From contig OZ245056.1 in assembly GCA_965224705.1 (NCBI GenBank), forward strand, positions 1,504,001 to 1,568,000: a stretch of DNA of 64,000 bases, written 5' to 3'. Every line of letters starts with the position of its first letter. Within the stretch, counting starts at the first letter, position 1. The notes beneath the pieces are model-generated. The model was not told the DNA's origin and made no database searches. It saw only the letters and a list, made by a program, of their open reading frames with translations. Position numbers and translations under genes: made by a program. Source of the stretch: Spirochaetaceae bacterium (GTDB lineage: Bacteria; Spirochaetota; Spirochaetia; DSM-2461). Below are positions 1 to 9,580 of this stretch, in pieces.

Positions 1-322
1 ACTGTCCTTCTCAGAAGTTTGCCAATCAATCTGTGTAAAGCTCCACGCAGTAGCTTGTTGTAGCCTGGTTTTGTTAGAATCCAGCCAGATATAGACTCCC
101 TGTCTGGTATAGTCATTGAATACTGAGTGATGGATGTGATTCGGCGCTCACTCTCTGGAACGGCGGGAACCCTTATCGGTGAGAACCATTGTAAATGCTT
201 ATCCTGTAAGATATAAATTTGATAATGAGAGCAGCCGGTCTATTTAACAAGCTTCCTGACACAGCATAAGGGCTCACAAACGAACTGGAATCGGAGCAAT
301 ATTCCCTACAACCTGACCATCG

Positions 323-739
323 TTAATCAATCCAGTTACCTCTTATTTCATTGTGTATTTCTTCAATCTCAGCTGCTGATAGTTTCAAGAATTCAACATC
401 ATGCTTGTGAGTATCCTTTTTTTCTACAATGTAAACCGATGAATTTTTTTTCATCAAAAGGTGATGCCAGACTCCTTTCGGAATATTATAAATAGTTTCT
501 TCCTCCAATATTGAGTAATCAATTCTAGACGGCTTTTCATTCCTGTCCATAGTAATTAATATCGATTTTCCCTTCAGGTGGATAAAAACTTCATCCGTAT
601 GAATATGACGCTCCATCTGAGTTATCTGTTCTACAGGAGGAGCATGATTCAAAAAAGCGATCTGCCATTCACCACTGCCTTTCGAAGAGAAGAAAACAGG
701 CTTAAACCATGGTTCGGTATTGGGAAATTTCTCAATCAT
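323..739 (-). CDS. Cupin-fold hypothetical protein
   Basis: HxHTDEVF and NIPKGVWHH cupin motifs; ATG at 739 preceded by AAGGAG. Confidence 0.7.
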   Translation of the reverse strand: MIEKFPNTEPWFKPVFFSSKGSGEWQIAFLNHAPPVEQITQMERHIHTDEVFIHLKGKSILITMDRNEKPSRIDYSILEEETIYNIPKGVWHHLLMKKNSSVYIVEKKDTHKHDVEFLKLSAAEIEEIHNEIRGNWID

Positions 740-842
740 ACAAACTCCTTTGCTTACAGAATCATCAATACCTGGCTGCGACAACAGAATGGATCGGGAA
801 CTGTCAATAAAAGCCGTCACGCCCTTACCGCAGATCTTTCCC

Positions 843-1715
843 TTATCTGCCATCATGAACAATCAGATCATAGATTCGTTCCAGATCGTCCTGATTATAC
901 CAGGATATTTCTATTTTTCCTTTAGACAGGGTTCCCTTCAATTTCACCTTCGTTCCCAGCGAAGAAATAAACTGTTCTTCCAATCTTGAGATTTCCGGAT
1001 CCTTACTATTTGCTGTTGAATCCGTCCTGCGCTTACCCGTGCTTCTATGACCACGATTCATGTCAACCGCAGCCACTTCGGCATCTCTAACCGATAATGA
1101 ATCTGCCATTATCCTTGAATAAAGGGTTTCCTGATCCGCCGGGTTGGTTACGGCCAGAATAGCCCGTGCATGTCCAGCACTCAGTTCCCCATTTTCCATT
1201 GCATTTTTCATTCTTGCAGGAAGCTTGAGCAGCCGCAAAAGATTGGCTACTGTCGATCTTTTTTTGCCGACTTTGTCTGCAACATCCTGCTGGGATAGGT
1301 TAAGTGAATCCATCAGGTGATAGTACGCCTTCGCCTCTTCCAGCGGAGTAAGATCTTCTCTCTGAACATTTTCAACGAGCGTAATTTCAAGCCTCTGTTC
1401 CGGGCTGAATGTTTGAACAATGACTGGAACTTCGGCTAAACCAGCTTCTCGACTGGCTCTCCATCGACGCTCTCCAGCAATAATCATGTATGTATCATTC
1501 AGACTTTTTTCTGCCAGAATGGGCTGTATAACGCCCTGTTGTCTGATTGACTCTGCAAGCTCTTTCATCGTTTCCGGGTTAAATCTTTGCCGGGGTTGTT
1601 CCGGGTTGGGAACAAGGCTGTCAATCGAGATGCTCATTACATCCTGTATTGACATATTGAAATCATCGCCTAATAGAGCATCCAATCCCTGACCAAGAGC
1701 TTTTTTTTTAGACAC
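843..1715 (-). CDS. parB: ParB/Spo0J chromosome partitioning protein
   Basis: ALGQGLDALL N-terminus, NPEQPR, IIAGERRWRA, HTH; directly after parA. Confidence 0.96.
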   Translation of the reverse strand: MSKKKALGQGLDALLGDDFNMSIQDVMSISIDSLVPNPEQPRQRFNPETMKELAESIRQQGVIQPILAEKSLNDTYMIIAGERRWRASREAGLAEVPVIVQTFSPEQRLEITLVENVQREDLTPLEEAKAYYHLMDSLNLSQQDVADKVGKKRSTVANLLRLLKLPARMKNAMENGELSAGHARAILAVTNPADQETLYSRIMADSLSVRDAEVAAVDMNRGHRSTGKRRTDSTANSKDPEISRLEEQFISSLGTKVKLKGTLSKGKIEISWYNQDDLERIYDLIVHDGR

Positions 1716-2475
1716 GATCCATAACCTCTTTTGCTAATGCTGAATAACTTCTGGCACCAATGCAGCCTGGATCATATAAATTGATTGGTTTCCCATGACT
1801 GGGTGCTTCTGAAAGTCGCACATTTCGTGGAATAACTGTTTTAAATAGATATTCCGGCTGTCGTTTGAATGCATTCTTCATCTGTTGAATTACCTCATGT
1901 GATAATCTTGTTCTGGCATCAAACATTGTGAAAACGATTCCACCAATTCTCAGCCTCGGGTTTAAGTTCTGTTGAATACGCTTAATTGTTTTGAACAGCA
2001 TGTTAAGGAAACCCACCAATGAAAAGTATTCGCATTGAAGTGGTACTATCACTGAATGAGCGGCCACAAAACCATTAATTGTAAGGATTCCAAGCGATGG
2101 GGGGCAATCTATAAAAATATAGTCATATTGATCCAGAACAGGCTGTAAGGCATTTCTCAAATATTGTTCCCTCTGTTCCGCATTCGCAAGCTCAACGGTT
2201 ATTCCTGATAGACTTATGTTTGCTGGCAGAAGATCCAAACTCGGTTGTGGTGTTGACACGATGGCTGAAAAAATTTCTGCTTCCTTAATCAGCACTTGAT
2301 AAACTCCGATCAGAGGGTTCTGAACTCCAACACTGCTGCTGAGATTTCCCTGAGGATCAAAATCAACCAGCAGGACTTTTTTTCCAGATTCTGCTATGCA
2401 GGCGGCAATATTAACCGCTGATGTTGTCTTCCCAACACCGCCCTTCTGGTTTGCAAAGACAACCACATGACCCAT
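1708..2475 (-). CDS. parA: ParA/Soj ATPase
   Basis: NQKGGVGKTT deviant Walker A, DFDPQGN, IDCPPSLG, IPRNVRLSEAPSHG; start trimmed to MGHVVV. Confidence 0.96.
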   Translation of the reverse strand: MGHVVVFANQKGGVGKTTSAVNIAACIAESGKKVLLVDFDPQGNLSSSVGVQNPLIGVYQVLIKEAEIFSAIVSTPQPSLDLLPANISLSGITVELANAEQREQYLRNALQPVLDQYDYIFIDCPPSLGILTINGFVAAHSVIVPLQCEYFSLVGFLNMLFKTIKRIQQNLNPRLRIGGIVFTMFDARTRLSHEVIQQMKNAFKRQPEYLFKTVIPRNVRLSEAPSHGKPINLYDPGCIGARSYSALAKEVMDRV

Positions 2476-2703
2476 TCTTCTATAATAACACCTGTTTGCT
2501 GATTGACCAACCCAAATTGCACTTTCAGACCTGTTCTCATGGGCAATTTCACCGGGACTACTCAATTAATACAAAATTGACATTTTTTTCATTTTAGGTA
2601 TCGCTTATGGTAGTCTAAACCGATTATACTAGTATAACCTGTTTAAGGGAATTAAATCTGTTTTCTATTTTACATCGGGTTTCCAATTGGACAAACTAGT
2701 ATT

Positions 2704-3768
2704 ATGAAATCAAAAAGTATGAAACTAAATCGTGCAACCCTCTTGAAAATGCCAAAGATTGAGGTCCATCGCCATTTGGAAGGAACATATCCAATCCAGT
2801 CATTGTTCAAAATGGCTAAAAAAAACAAGCTTGACGTCCCTGGCGACATAGAATCCTTTAAGAAAGCATTTCAATTCCCAAAAAACCATAAGCCCGATTT
2901 TCTTCTGTTCCTCAGTAAATTCAAAAAATTCTGGTACAAGAGTATGGAGGACATCTCATCCATAACTTATGATTCGGTATTGTCACTGGCAGATGAGAAC
3001 TTATTCTACATTGAGCTTCGCTTCAATCCACTTCATTTCACAGAACTCACAGGACTGGATCCCTCCGCTGTCACCCAGACAATTATCAACTCAAGTAAGA
3101 ATGCTGCCAGTAAAACCGGCCTTCAAATACGGTTTCTTCTAACGTTTAACAGGGGAGTACAAACGGCCAAAGAGATGATTCAGACGTATCGTGAGCTTCA
3201 AAAAGTTGACCTGTCCAGTGTCGTCGGAATTGATCTTGCCGGAGATGAAATAAACTATCCTCCTGAATTATTCATTGAATTCTTTGATGTCATTAAAAAA
3301 GATGGACATTTTAAAATTGATATACATGCGGGAGAGGTTACAGCTTCAGATGGCATCTGGGTATCAATTGATCAGTTGCATGCTGATCGCATAGGTCATG
3401 GTATTTCCGCAATTCATGATCCGAAATTACAGAAAGTACTGAAGGACGAAAGAATATTCCTTGCGCAATGCATCTCAAGTAATTACCAGACAGGTTCATG
3501 GGTCGATGAGTCTACCCATCCCATGAAAAGGCTTTACGAATCGGGTATTCCAATAACAATGGCATCTGATGATCCAACAATACAGGATACTGATTTAACC
3601 GATGACTACGTGAAAGCTGTTACTAATTTTGGATGGACAGCGGATACACTGGTTCAACTGAACCTGGATGCGATTGAGTCCTCATTTCTAACAGATGCAG
3701 AAAAAGCATCCATCAGTAATGAATACCTTATGGCTGTGAATTCATACCGGAGCAATTTTCGGATATAG
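2704..3768 (+). CDS. add: Adenosine/adenine deaminase
   Basis: HRHLEG, GIDLAGDE, HAGE, RIGHG, SDDP motifs. Confidence 0.88.
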   Translation: MKSKSMKLNRATLLKMPKIEVHRHLEGTYPIQSLFKMAKKNKLDVPGDIESFKKAFQFPKNHKPDFLLFLSKFKKFWYKSMEDISSITYDSVLSLADENLFYIELRFNPLHFTELTGLDPSAVTQTIINSSKNAASKTGLQIRFLLTFNRGVQTAKEMIQTYRELQKVDLSSVVGIDLAGDEINYPPELFIEFFDVIKKDGHFKIDIHAGEVTASDGIWVSIDQLHADRIGHGISAIHDPKLQKVLKDERIFLAQCISSNYQTGSWVDESTHPMKRLYESGIPITMASDDPTIQDTDLTDDYVKAVTNFGWTADTLVQLNLDAIESSFLTDAEKASISNEYLMAVNSYRSNFRI

Positions 3769-3791
3769 GGCTTGCGGTCGTAATTGCGGTA

Positions 3792-5402
3792 TTATTGGGG
3801 AACCTTTCCTACCGTGGTGATGGACAGTATCGCTTCTCCCACCCGTTCGTCGGTCTGTCCGGCCCGCTGCTTCTTCTTCAATCCCCGGTTACGGGCGATT
3901 ACCGCTCCCATCCCCTTGTAAACGTGATACCGTTCGCCGTCGATCACGGCGATTTCGGTGATGGCCTCCCCGGGTTCTTCCGAATAGGCGGTAACAACCA
4001 ACTGTTCCACCCCCAGGGGAGGAACCACCTCAAATAAAAAGGGAAACCTGACCGCCCGGGCCACCCGGTCTATCCCGATGTAGTAGGAGGGCTCCAGAAG
4101 AACATACTCCCCGGTGGCAAGCCGGTAGGTTATTCGTAAAAAGGCGGGCTGGTTCACCCTCAGGTAGAACTGAAACTCCTCCTCTTCTTCAAAGACCAGG
4201 TTTTCTCCGGCCCGTCCCTTCTGGCTCCACACCTCCACATTGATGCCGCCATCGGTAATCGCCTCTTCGGAAAACTCCCTCAGGGCCGCCACCGCCTGGT
4301 CGTATCCCCGGGGCTCCAGGTTAAACCGACTCTTTACGGCGGCCGCCGGAAAGGTAACGGTGGTCATGCCTGCAATTTCTTCATCCTCCAGGGCGATGAT
4401 ATTGAGCCGGACTTCCGGTAATTTCTCCCAGTATACTCCCTTTATCCGAAGTTCTCCCCTCTTGCGGGGAAGGAAGGAAACCAGCCTTTCCCGCAGGGCT
4501 TCGGCGGCGTAAACTCCGAACTCGCTGGAGAGCATACTTTCTCCATAGGTGAGGGGAGGGCTGATTGCCGGGGTACCCTCCACCCCCTGGCTTTTGAGGG
4601 CGATGGCAATTTTCTCCAGAGCTTCTTCAAAGGTGGCCGCCCTGGTACCGCCGGTTTTGTCAAGGGCCCTTTTGATTTTTGTTTTCAAGGCCTCAAAGGC
4701 GGATTCATCAATTCCTATCCGGGAGTAATAATCCTTCCTTTTTCCCACCGTAAGATAATGGTTGGCCGTCTTTTCGATTGCACCGATTACAGGAAGCCCC
4801 TGGATGACAATATCATACAGGCGGGTCAGATCGCTGCTGCTCCGGTCCATTTCCTCCTCAATTTCCTGGAGTTTTGTCAGTGATTCTTTACCCTTTTGAA
4901 CATAGAACTCCAGCAGGTGAGACCGCTTGATGACGGCCAGGACATAGAGGTTCTTCTTCTCTGCTTCAATGACGTAGTCTATCCCGGCCACTTCCATGTC
5001 GGTGGTGGTTACGGTTTCCGTGTCAACTTCTGTGAACGAGTCACCTCTCCCTCTGGAAAAACCTTTTTCACGAATAATGGTCTGGCTTCTTATATGAACC
5101 ATTATCCGCTGGACCAGGTCGGTCAGTGCCGCTTCCCTGGCACGACTGAGGGCTTCCGTTTCTCGAACTTCGCCCCCCGACCTCCCCGTATTGCCTTCGG
5201 TCTGTTGAACCATGGCAAACCCGGTCAGGTACAGGGCGTCCGGGTACTGGGGGTGCCGTAATCCGTAAGTTCGAGACCATTCAGAGAGGGCCGTAAGAGG
5301 ATTCAGGGATATCAGAGCCAGAACAGTAACGCCCATGGATCGTCGCATGAAGTCCATGCTATTAAACCCGGCAGGTTTAGTCAACTCAGCCGCCTTGATC
5401 AT
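3792..5402 (-). CDS. Secreted protein, LPP20-like N-terminus and DUF4384-like C-terminus; start uncertain
   Basis: 536-aa ORF with hydrophobic leader, AREAALTDLVQRI segment and beta-rich C-terminus (VVPPLGVEQLVV); co-oriented downstream of caspase copy 1. Confidence 0.5.
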   Translation of the reverse strand: MIKAAELTKPAGFNSMDFMRRSMGVTVLALISLNPLTALSEWSRTYGLRHPQYPDALYLTGFAMVQQTEGNTGRSGGEVRETEALSRAREAALTDLVQRIMVHIRSQTIIREKGFSRGRGDSFTEVDTETVTTTDMEVAGIDYVIEAEKKNLYVLAVIKRSHLLEFYVQKGKESLTKLQEIEEEMDRSSSDLTRLYDIVIQGLPVIGAIEKTANHYLTVGKRKDYYSRIGIDESAFEALKTKIKRALDKTGGTRAATFEEALEKIAIALKSQGVEGTPAISPPLTYGESMLSSEFGVYAAEALRERLVSFLPRKRGELRIKGVYWEKLPEVRLNIIALEDEEIAGMTTVTFPAAAVKSRFNLEPRGYDQAVAALREFSEEAITDGGINVEVWSQKGRAGENLVFEEEEEFQFYLRVNQPAFLRITYRLATGEYVLLEPSYYIGIDRVARAVRFPFLFEVVPPLGVEQLVVTAYSEEPGEAITEIAVIDGERYHVYKGMGAVIARNRGLKKKQRAGQTDERVGEAILSITTVGKVPQ

Positions 5403-5407
5403 GACTA

Positions 5408-7565
5408 CACCGAAAACTATCGCCCCACAACCCCGCTAGAACAAAAATCCGGTCTGGATCTGGAATATGCCGGTGGGCATGAATTCAGAAAAGCTAGGGT
5501 CAAACAAAATAGAAAGCGCACCGCCGATGTCGATGAACCAGCGTTTCTCCGGAGCTACCCGCACACCCAGCCCTAAATCAAAAGGAAAATAACCAACTTC
5601 AAGAAAGTGGGCCATTCCAAAATCAAAACATCCATACACATTCACCGGTATGGCCCAGGCGGTTTTGTAGCGAACACCTGTAGATAATTCCACCCACATG
5701 TCGGTGCTGTTGGTGCCTGCTGAGAAACCCATAGTCCAGGCCCAGTTCCGGCTGAAGTTGCGGGCGTAATGGATGCTACCTCCAACGATGGATGAGTATG
5801 ATAATGAGTATAAGGAGAAATCACTTCTGGCGACAAAGCCTGCAGACAGCTCATGGGACTTGCTGCTTCCCACCAGTCCGCCGGATTTGCCTTTCTCCTG
5901 CCTTACCTCCCCGGTGAAGCTGCCCTCCGGCAGGGAGGTGCGGGCCTCGCCCACCGCCGCTCCCACTTTTTTGCGCCCCTCCACATACACGTCCTCCAGA
6001 ACAATGTCTGTTATGCGGGCCTTATTGCCGGTTCTACCGAACAGCCCCACGTGGTCTTCGGCGGGGCGGGAGATGTAGAGGCGGCTGATTCTGTGGCCGC
6101 TGCCGTCAAAGGTGCCGGTGAATTTTTCTCGCACCGATCCGGCTATGGGCTGGAAGTTGTGATCGCCCAGGCCATCGCCATCGGCATCGGGGAAGCTGAT
6201 ATCGGCCATCTGGGTGTAGGCTCCTGCCGTGTTCTGCCGCATGGCCTGTAGGTCCTGCCAGGCATATATCTCCGATGGGCGGTAGGAAAGCGTGAATTCG
6301 CGGCTGTCGGAGCCGCGGGATAGGACAAGCACCACCGCACTGCGGCCCTGCACCGTGGAGGTGAAGTCCGTTATGTCTTTTGCAAAGAGCTGAAACCGTC
6401 CATCCAGAATTGTCTGGGAGCCGCTTGCACCGCCCATCTGCCACTGATAGCTGCCGCCGGGTACCGGGGCTGCCATAATCACGGGTGTTCCGGCGAGAGA
6501 GGGGTCTTTTATTGCCTGACCCAGGATGCTGTGCTCGCCGGAGTAGGTGCTTAAAACCGCCTCGTCCAGCGATGAGGCGGCGGTGTAGGCGGGCAGATCC
6601 GGCCTGTTGCCGTCCAGGGCCGCTGCCGCGCTGGGTGCACCCGCCGGATCGCCAAAGAAGAAGTTTGATGTCATGCTGGAGTTGCGCCAGGGCACCTGAT
6701 TGCGGTTCATCCTGGTGGTTTCGGCAGTAACCAATTTCATCAGATCGTCCACTTCCAGCCCCGGCTCGCGGATGTAGCTCAGCAGGGCGGCAGTGAAAAA
6801 ACCGTTCCTGCCGGCGGGATTGTCGCCTGCCGTCTTGCCGGGCGAGGTGGAATAGATGATCATGGACTCGGGCGGCTGAACACGGACGATGGCCAGGCCC
6901 TTTTCGCCGCTGCGGGCATAGCCGGGGTAGGGATTGTCGCGGCAGGAATCCAGGATGATAATGTTCTTCTGGTTTCTGGACTGCTCCATCTTGCTCATCA
7001 GCAGATCCACCGGCACGCCAAAGTACTCCAGCTCGTCCTGGCTTTGAATGTCGGCATCAACCGGGATGATGTAGTTCTGGCCGCTTACCTGGGCACCGTG
7101 GCCGGAGTAGTAGAACAGGCCGGTGGAATCCCTGTTCAGGCTGTTGCCGAAGTCACGTACTGCCTGGATGGTTTGCCTCTTGTCGGCATCCACCAGAGTG
7201 GTAACGCTGAACCCCAACTCCGTTAAAACCGCCGACATGTCGGCGGCATCGTTGACGGGGTTCTTCAGCGGATTGGAGGTGTAGGCACTGTTGCCTATCA
7301 CCAGGGCCAGCCGCTCCTGGGCGAACAGGGCTGTGCACATCAGAGACAATAATGTCAGTAAGAAGCATTTTTTCATCATAGCAATCCTTTTGTATCGCAA
7401 TTCACCTGAACGGAACTGGTTTTCAGCCACACCCCAATTCTTACACATTGTTGAAGAACTGTTATAGGAGGCCGCTAAAAACAGTTTTGTGTCCCGAAGA
7501 ACTATAATCATGCATCAAATAAAATTATTACGCAACCCGGAATCTCTCTTCGTCCAGGGGCAATC
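5408..7565. repeat. ~2.2 kb direct duplication, copy A (copy B about 9553-11757)
   Basis: Near-identical DNA covering the caspase gene and ~190 bp upstream; both copies end at a CAGGG(G)CAATC MITE terminus. Confidence 0.9.
5436..7379 (-). CDS. Secreted caspase-like (peptidase C14) protein with GLUG-type region and C-terminal outer-membrane beta-barrel, copy 1
   Basis: Signal peptide MMKKCFLL..ALFA; LALVIGNSAY, YYSGHG, ILDSCR; FTGTFDGSGH..VGLFG; alternating aromatic strands ending in F. Confidence 0.8.
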   Translation of the reverse strand: MMKKCFLLTLLSLMCTALFAQERLALVIGNSAYTSNPLKNPVNDAADMSAVLTELGFSVTTLVDADKRQTIQAVRDFGNSLNRDSTGLFYYSGHGAQVSGQNYIIPVDADIQSQDELEYFGVPVDLLMSKMEQSRNQKNIIILDSCRDNPYPGYARSGEKGLAIVRVQPPESMIIYSTSPGKTAGDNPAGRNGFFTAALLSYIREPGLEVDDLMKLVTAETTRMNRNQVPWRNSSMTSNFFFGDPAGAPSAAAALDGNRPDLPAYTAASSLDEAVLSTYSGEHSILGQAIKDPSLAGTPVIMAAPVPGGSYQWQMGGASGSQTILDGRFQLFAKDITDFTSTVQGRSAVVLVLSRGSDSREFTLSYRPSEIYAWQDLQAMRQNTAGAYTQMADISFPDADGDGLGDHNFQPIAGSVREKFTGTFDGSGHRISRLYISRPAEDHVGLFGRTGNKARITDIVLEDVYVEGRKKVGAAVGEARTSLPEGSFTGEVRQEKGKSGGLVGSSKSHELSAGFVARSDFSLYSLSYSSIVGGSIHYARNFSRNWAWTMGFSAGTNSTDMWVELSTGVRYKTAWAIPVNVYGCFDFGMAHFLEVGYFPFDLGLGVRVAPEKRWFIDIGGALSILFDPSFSEFMPTGIFQIQTGFLF

Positions 7566-7674
7566 GCATCTCGGGGTCCTGGCATGATATATTTTCCAGT
7601 CCGTCTCGCATTAACCCGGTTGGATTTCTGCTATTGCTTCCATTCCCCATAGCATTTCGCTATAATGCAATACT

Positions 7675-9432
7675 ATGCAAACCTTGCAACTGGGTATATC
7701 GGATTTCAAGAAATTTATTGACGAAGGCTGCTACTTTGTCGATAAGACCCATCTTATCCGTTACCTTATTGATAATCCCTGCGAAGTCCATCTTATAACC
7801 CGTCCCCGCCGCTTTGGCAAAACCCTGAACCTGAGCATGATTCGCTATTTCCTGGAGGCTCCATCACCGCCAAAAGAACGAAAGGGGCCAAAATGGCTTG
7901 CCCGGCTTCGCTTGCGCCGAGCCCTTCCCTCCAATGCCTATTTGTTCAAAGATCGTTTCATCGCCTCCCATCCGCGCTGTGCCGAGTTTATGGGGCAGTA
8001 CCCGGTCATCCATTTGAGTTTTAAGGATGCCAAGGGTGCTTCATTCAATGAGTGCATGGAAATTATCAGAAAAATGCTTTCCGCAGAATACCAGCGGCAT
8101 GGGTATCTACAGGGTTGCGGAATGCTGCACGAAGCCGATAAAAATTTATTTTCCAGAGTATTGAACAGAAACGGCACGGATCAGGACTGTGCCCAATCCA
8201 TTGAATACCTTTCATCCTGGCTCCACCGCGCCTACGGCAAACCGCCATACATCCTTCTGGACGAGTACGACACACCCCTGCATTCGGCCCATGTGGATAA
8301 GTATTACGACCAGATGATCGCCTTCATCCGCAGCTTCATGGTGCAAACCTTTAAGGACAACCCCCACCTGAAGCAGGCTGTGCTTATCGGCATACTGAAG
8401 ATTGCCCAGGAGAGCATCTTCAGCGATTTCAACAACCCCAGAGTAAGCACATTGCTGGATCCGGAAATTGAAGACACATTCGGGTTCACAGAATCCGAAG
8501 TGGAAGCCATGGCCGCTCATTTTGGTCTGGAAAGCACCATGGACGGCATAAAACAGTGGTACAACGGCTACCTCTTCGGCGGGGAAACCGTCATCTACAA
8601 TCCCTGGAGCATCGTTAGCTTTCTTGGCCGCCCCAGAGCCGGGCTGAAACCTCACTGGATAAGCACCAGCGACAACAGACTCGTCAAGGAGGTCATCAAA
8701 CTCAAGCGCCGGGATGCGAAAATGACAACAGAAAAACTCCTGCGGAAAGAGGAAGTGCGCAAGCCGCTCTTAACCAACATTCCCTACACTCAGATAGAAA
8801 ATGATCCGGATGTGGTATGGAGCTTCCTTCTCCACAGTGGCTACCTCAAGGCCTCCGAAATGCACCAGGAAGAACTGGGAACTAGCTGGCGGCTCTCCAT
8901 ACCCAACAAAGAAGTGGAGACGGCCTGGAAAACCGTGGTGCTTAACTGGTTGAAGGAGGATCTGTCCGTCAACGAGGATTTTACGGACTTTGTCAGTGGC
9001 ATCAGAGAAGCCAATCCCAGGCTGATTGAACGCGGCCTGAAGCGAATCCTGTTCGGCCTGGCCAGTTATTACGATAGCGCATGGGACGAGGAGGACAGAC
9101 GGGAAAACTTCTACCACGGCCTGGTGCTGGGTCTTCTGGCCTATCTTGGTTCGGCTTATACCGTGGACAGCAACCGGGAGTACGGGAGGGGCCGCTCGGA
9201 CATTGTGGTGGTCAGGAAGGGGAGCGATCCCGCTCAGGCCGAAGAGGCTTTTGTGTTTGAGTTCAAGCAGGGAAACAGTGCCGCTGATACCGCACTGGAA
9301 ACGTTGGCCCAGGCCGCTTATGCCCAGGCAGTGGAGGGATACCTTGACGGGGTTAAGGAGAAATGGCATCCGAAGGAATTGTTGGTTCTGGGAATTGGTT
9401 TCCGGGGGAAGGAACTTGTCTCTGCATTGTGA
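7675..9432 (+). CDS. AAA-ATPase-like protein with C-terminal PD-(D/E)XK nuclease domain
   Basis: YFVDKT, RPRRFGKT, LLDEYDTP, WYNGY, YNPWS, SNREYGRGRSDI..FEFK. Confidence 0.9.
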   Translation: MQTLQLGISDFKKFIDEGCYFVDKTHLIRYLIDNPCEVHLITRPRRFGKTLNLSMIRYFLEAPSPPKERKGPKWLARLRLRRALPSNAYLFKDRFIASHPRCAEFMGQYPVIHLSFKDAKGASFNECMEIIRKMLSAEYQRHGYLQGCGMLHEADKNLFSRVLNRNGTDQDCAQSIEYLSSWLHRAYGKPPYILLDEYDTPLHSAHVDKYYDQMIAFIRSFMVQTFKDNPHLKQAVLIGILKIAQESIFSDFNNPRVSTLLDPEIEDTFGFTESEVEAMAAHFGLESTMDGIKQWYNGYLFGGETVIYNPWSIVSFLGRPRAGLKPHWISTSDNRLVKEVIKLKRRDAKMTTEKLLRKEEVRKPLLTNIPYTQIENDPDVVWSFLLHSGYLKASEMHQEELGTSWRLSIPNKEVETAWKTVVLNWLKEDLSVNEDFTDFVSGIREANPRLIERGLKRILFGLASYYDSAWDEEDRRENFYHGLVLGLLAYLGSAYTVDSNREYGRGRSDIVVVRKGSDPAQAEEAFVFEFKQGNSAADTALETLAQAAYAQAVEGYLDGVKEKWHPKELLVLGIGFRGKELVSAL

Positions 9433-9580
9433 GGAATAACCCACTGATAGGCCGGACAGCTTGCTGTAAAAAACATAGTGCCTTGAAGAATGTGGAACTC
9501 TCCCCGCCGTGCGCGGCAGGCAGGCCAATCTTCAGGGGTGTGCCGCCCCGGTCACTGAAAACTATCGGCTCGCAATCCCG

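Noticed and set aside
1..320. Partial gene at the window start
   Set aside because: Short open minus-strand frames exist but none can be assigned with support
843..2703. parS site or oriC beside parAB
   Set aside because: No TGTTTCACGTGAAACA-like palindrome or DnaA-box cluster recognised
5436..5850. Caspase-barrel C-termini as a second TR/VR pair
   Set aside because: Differences include indels, are not adenine-restricted, and both copies are full genes
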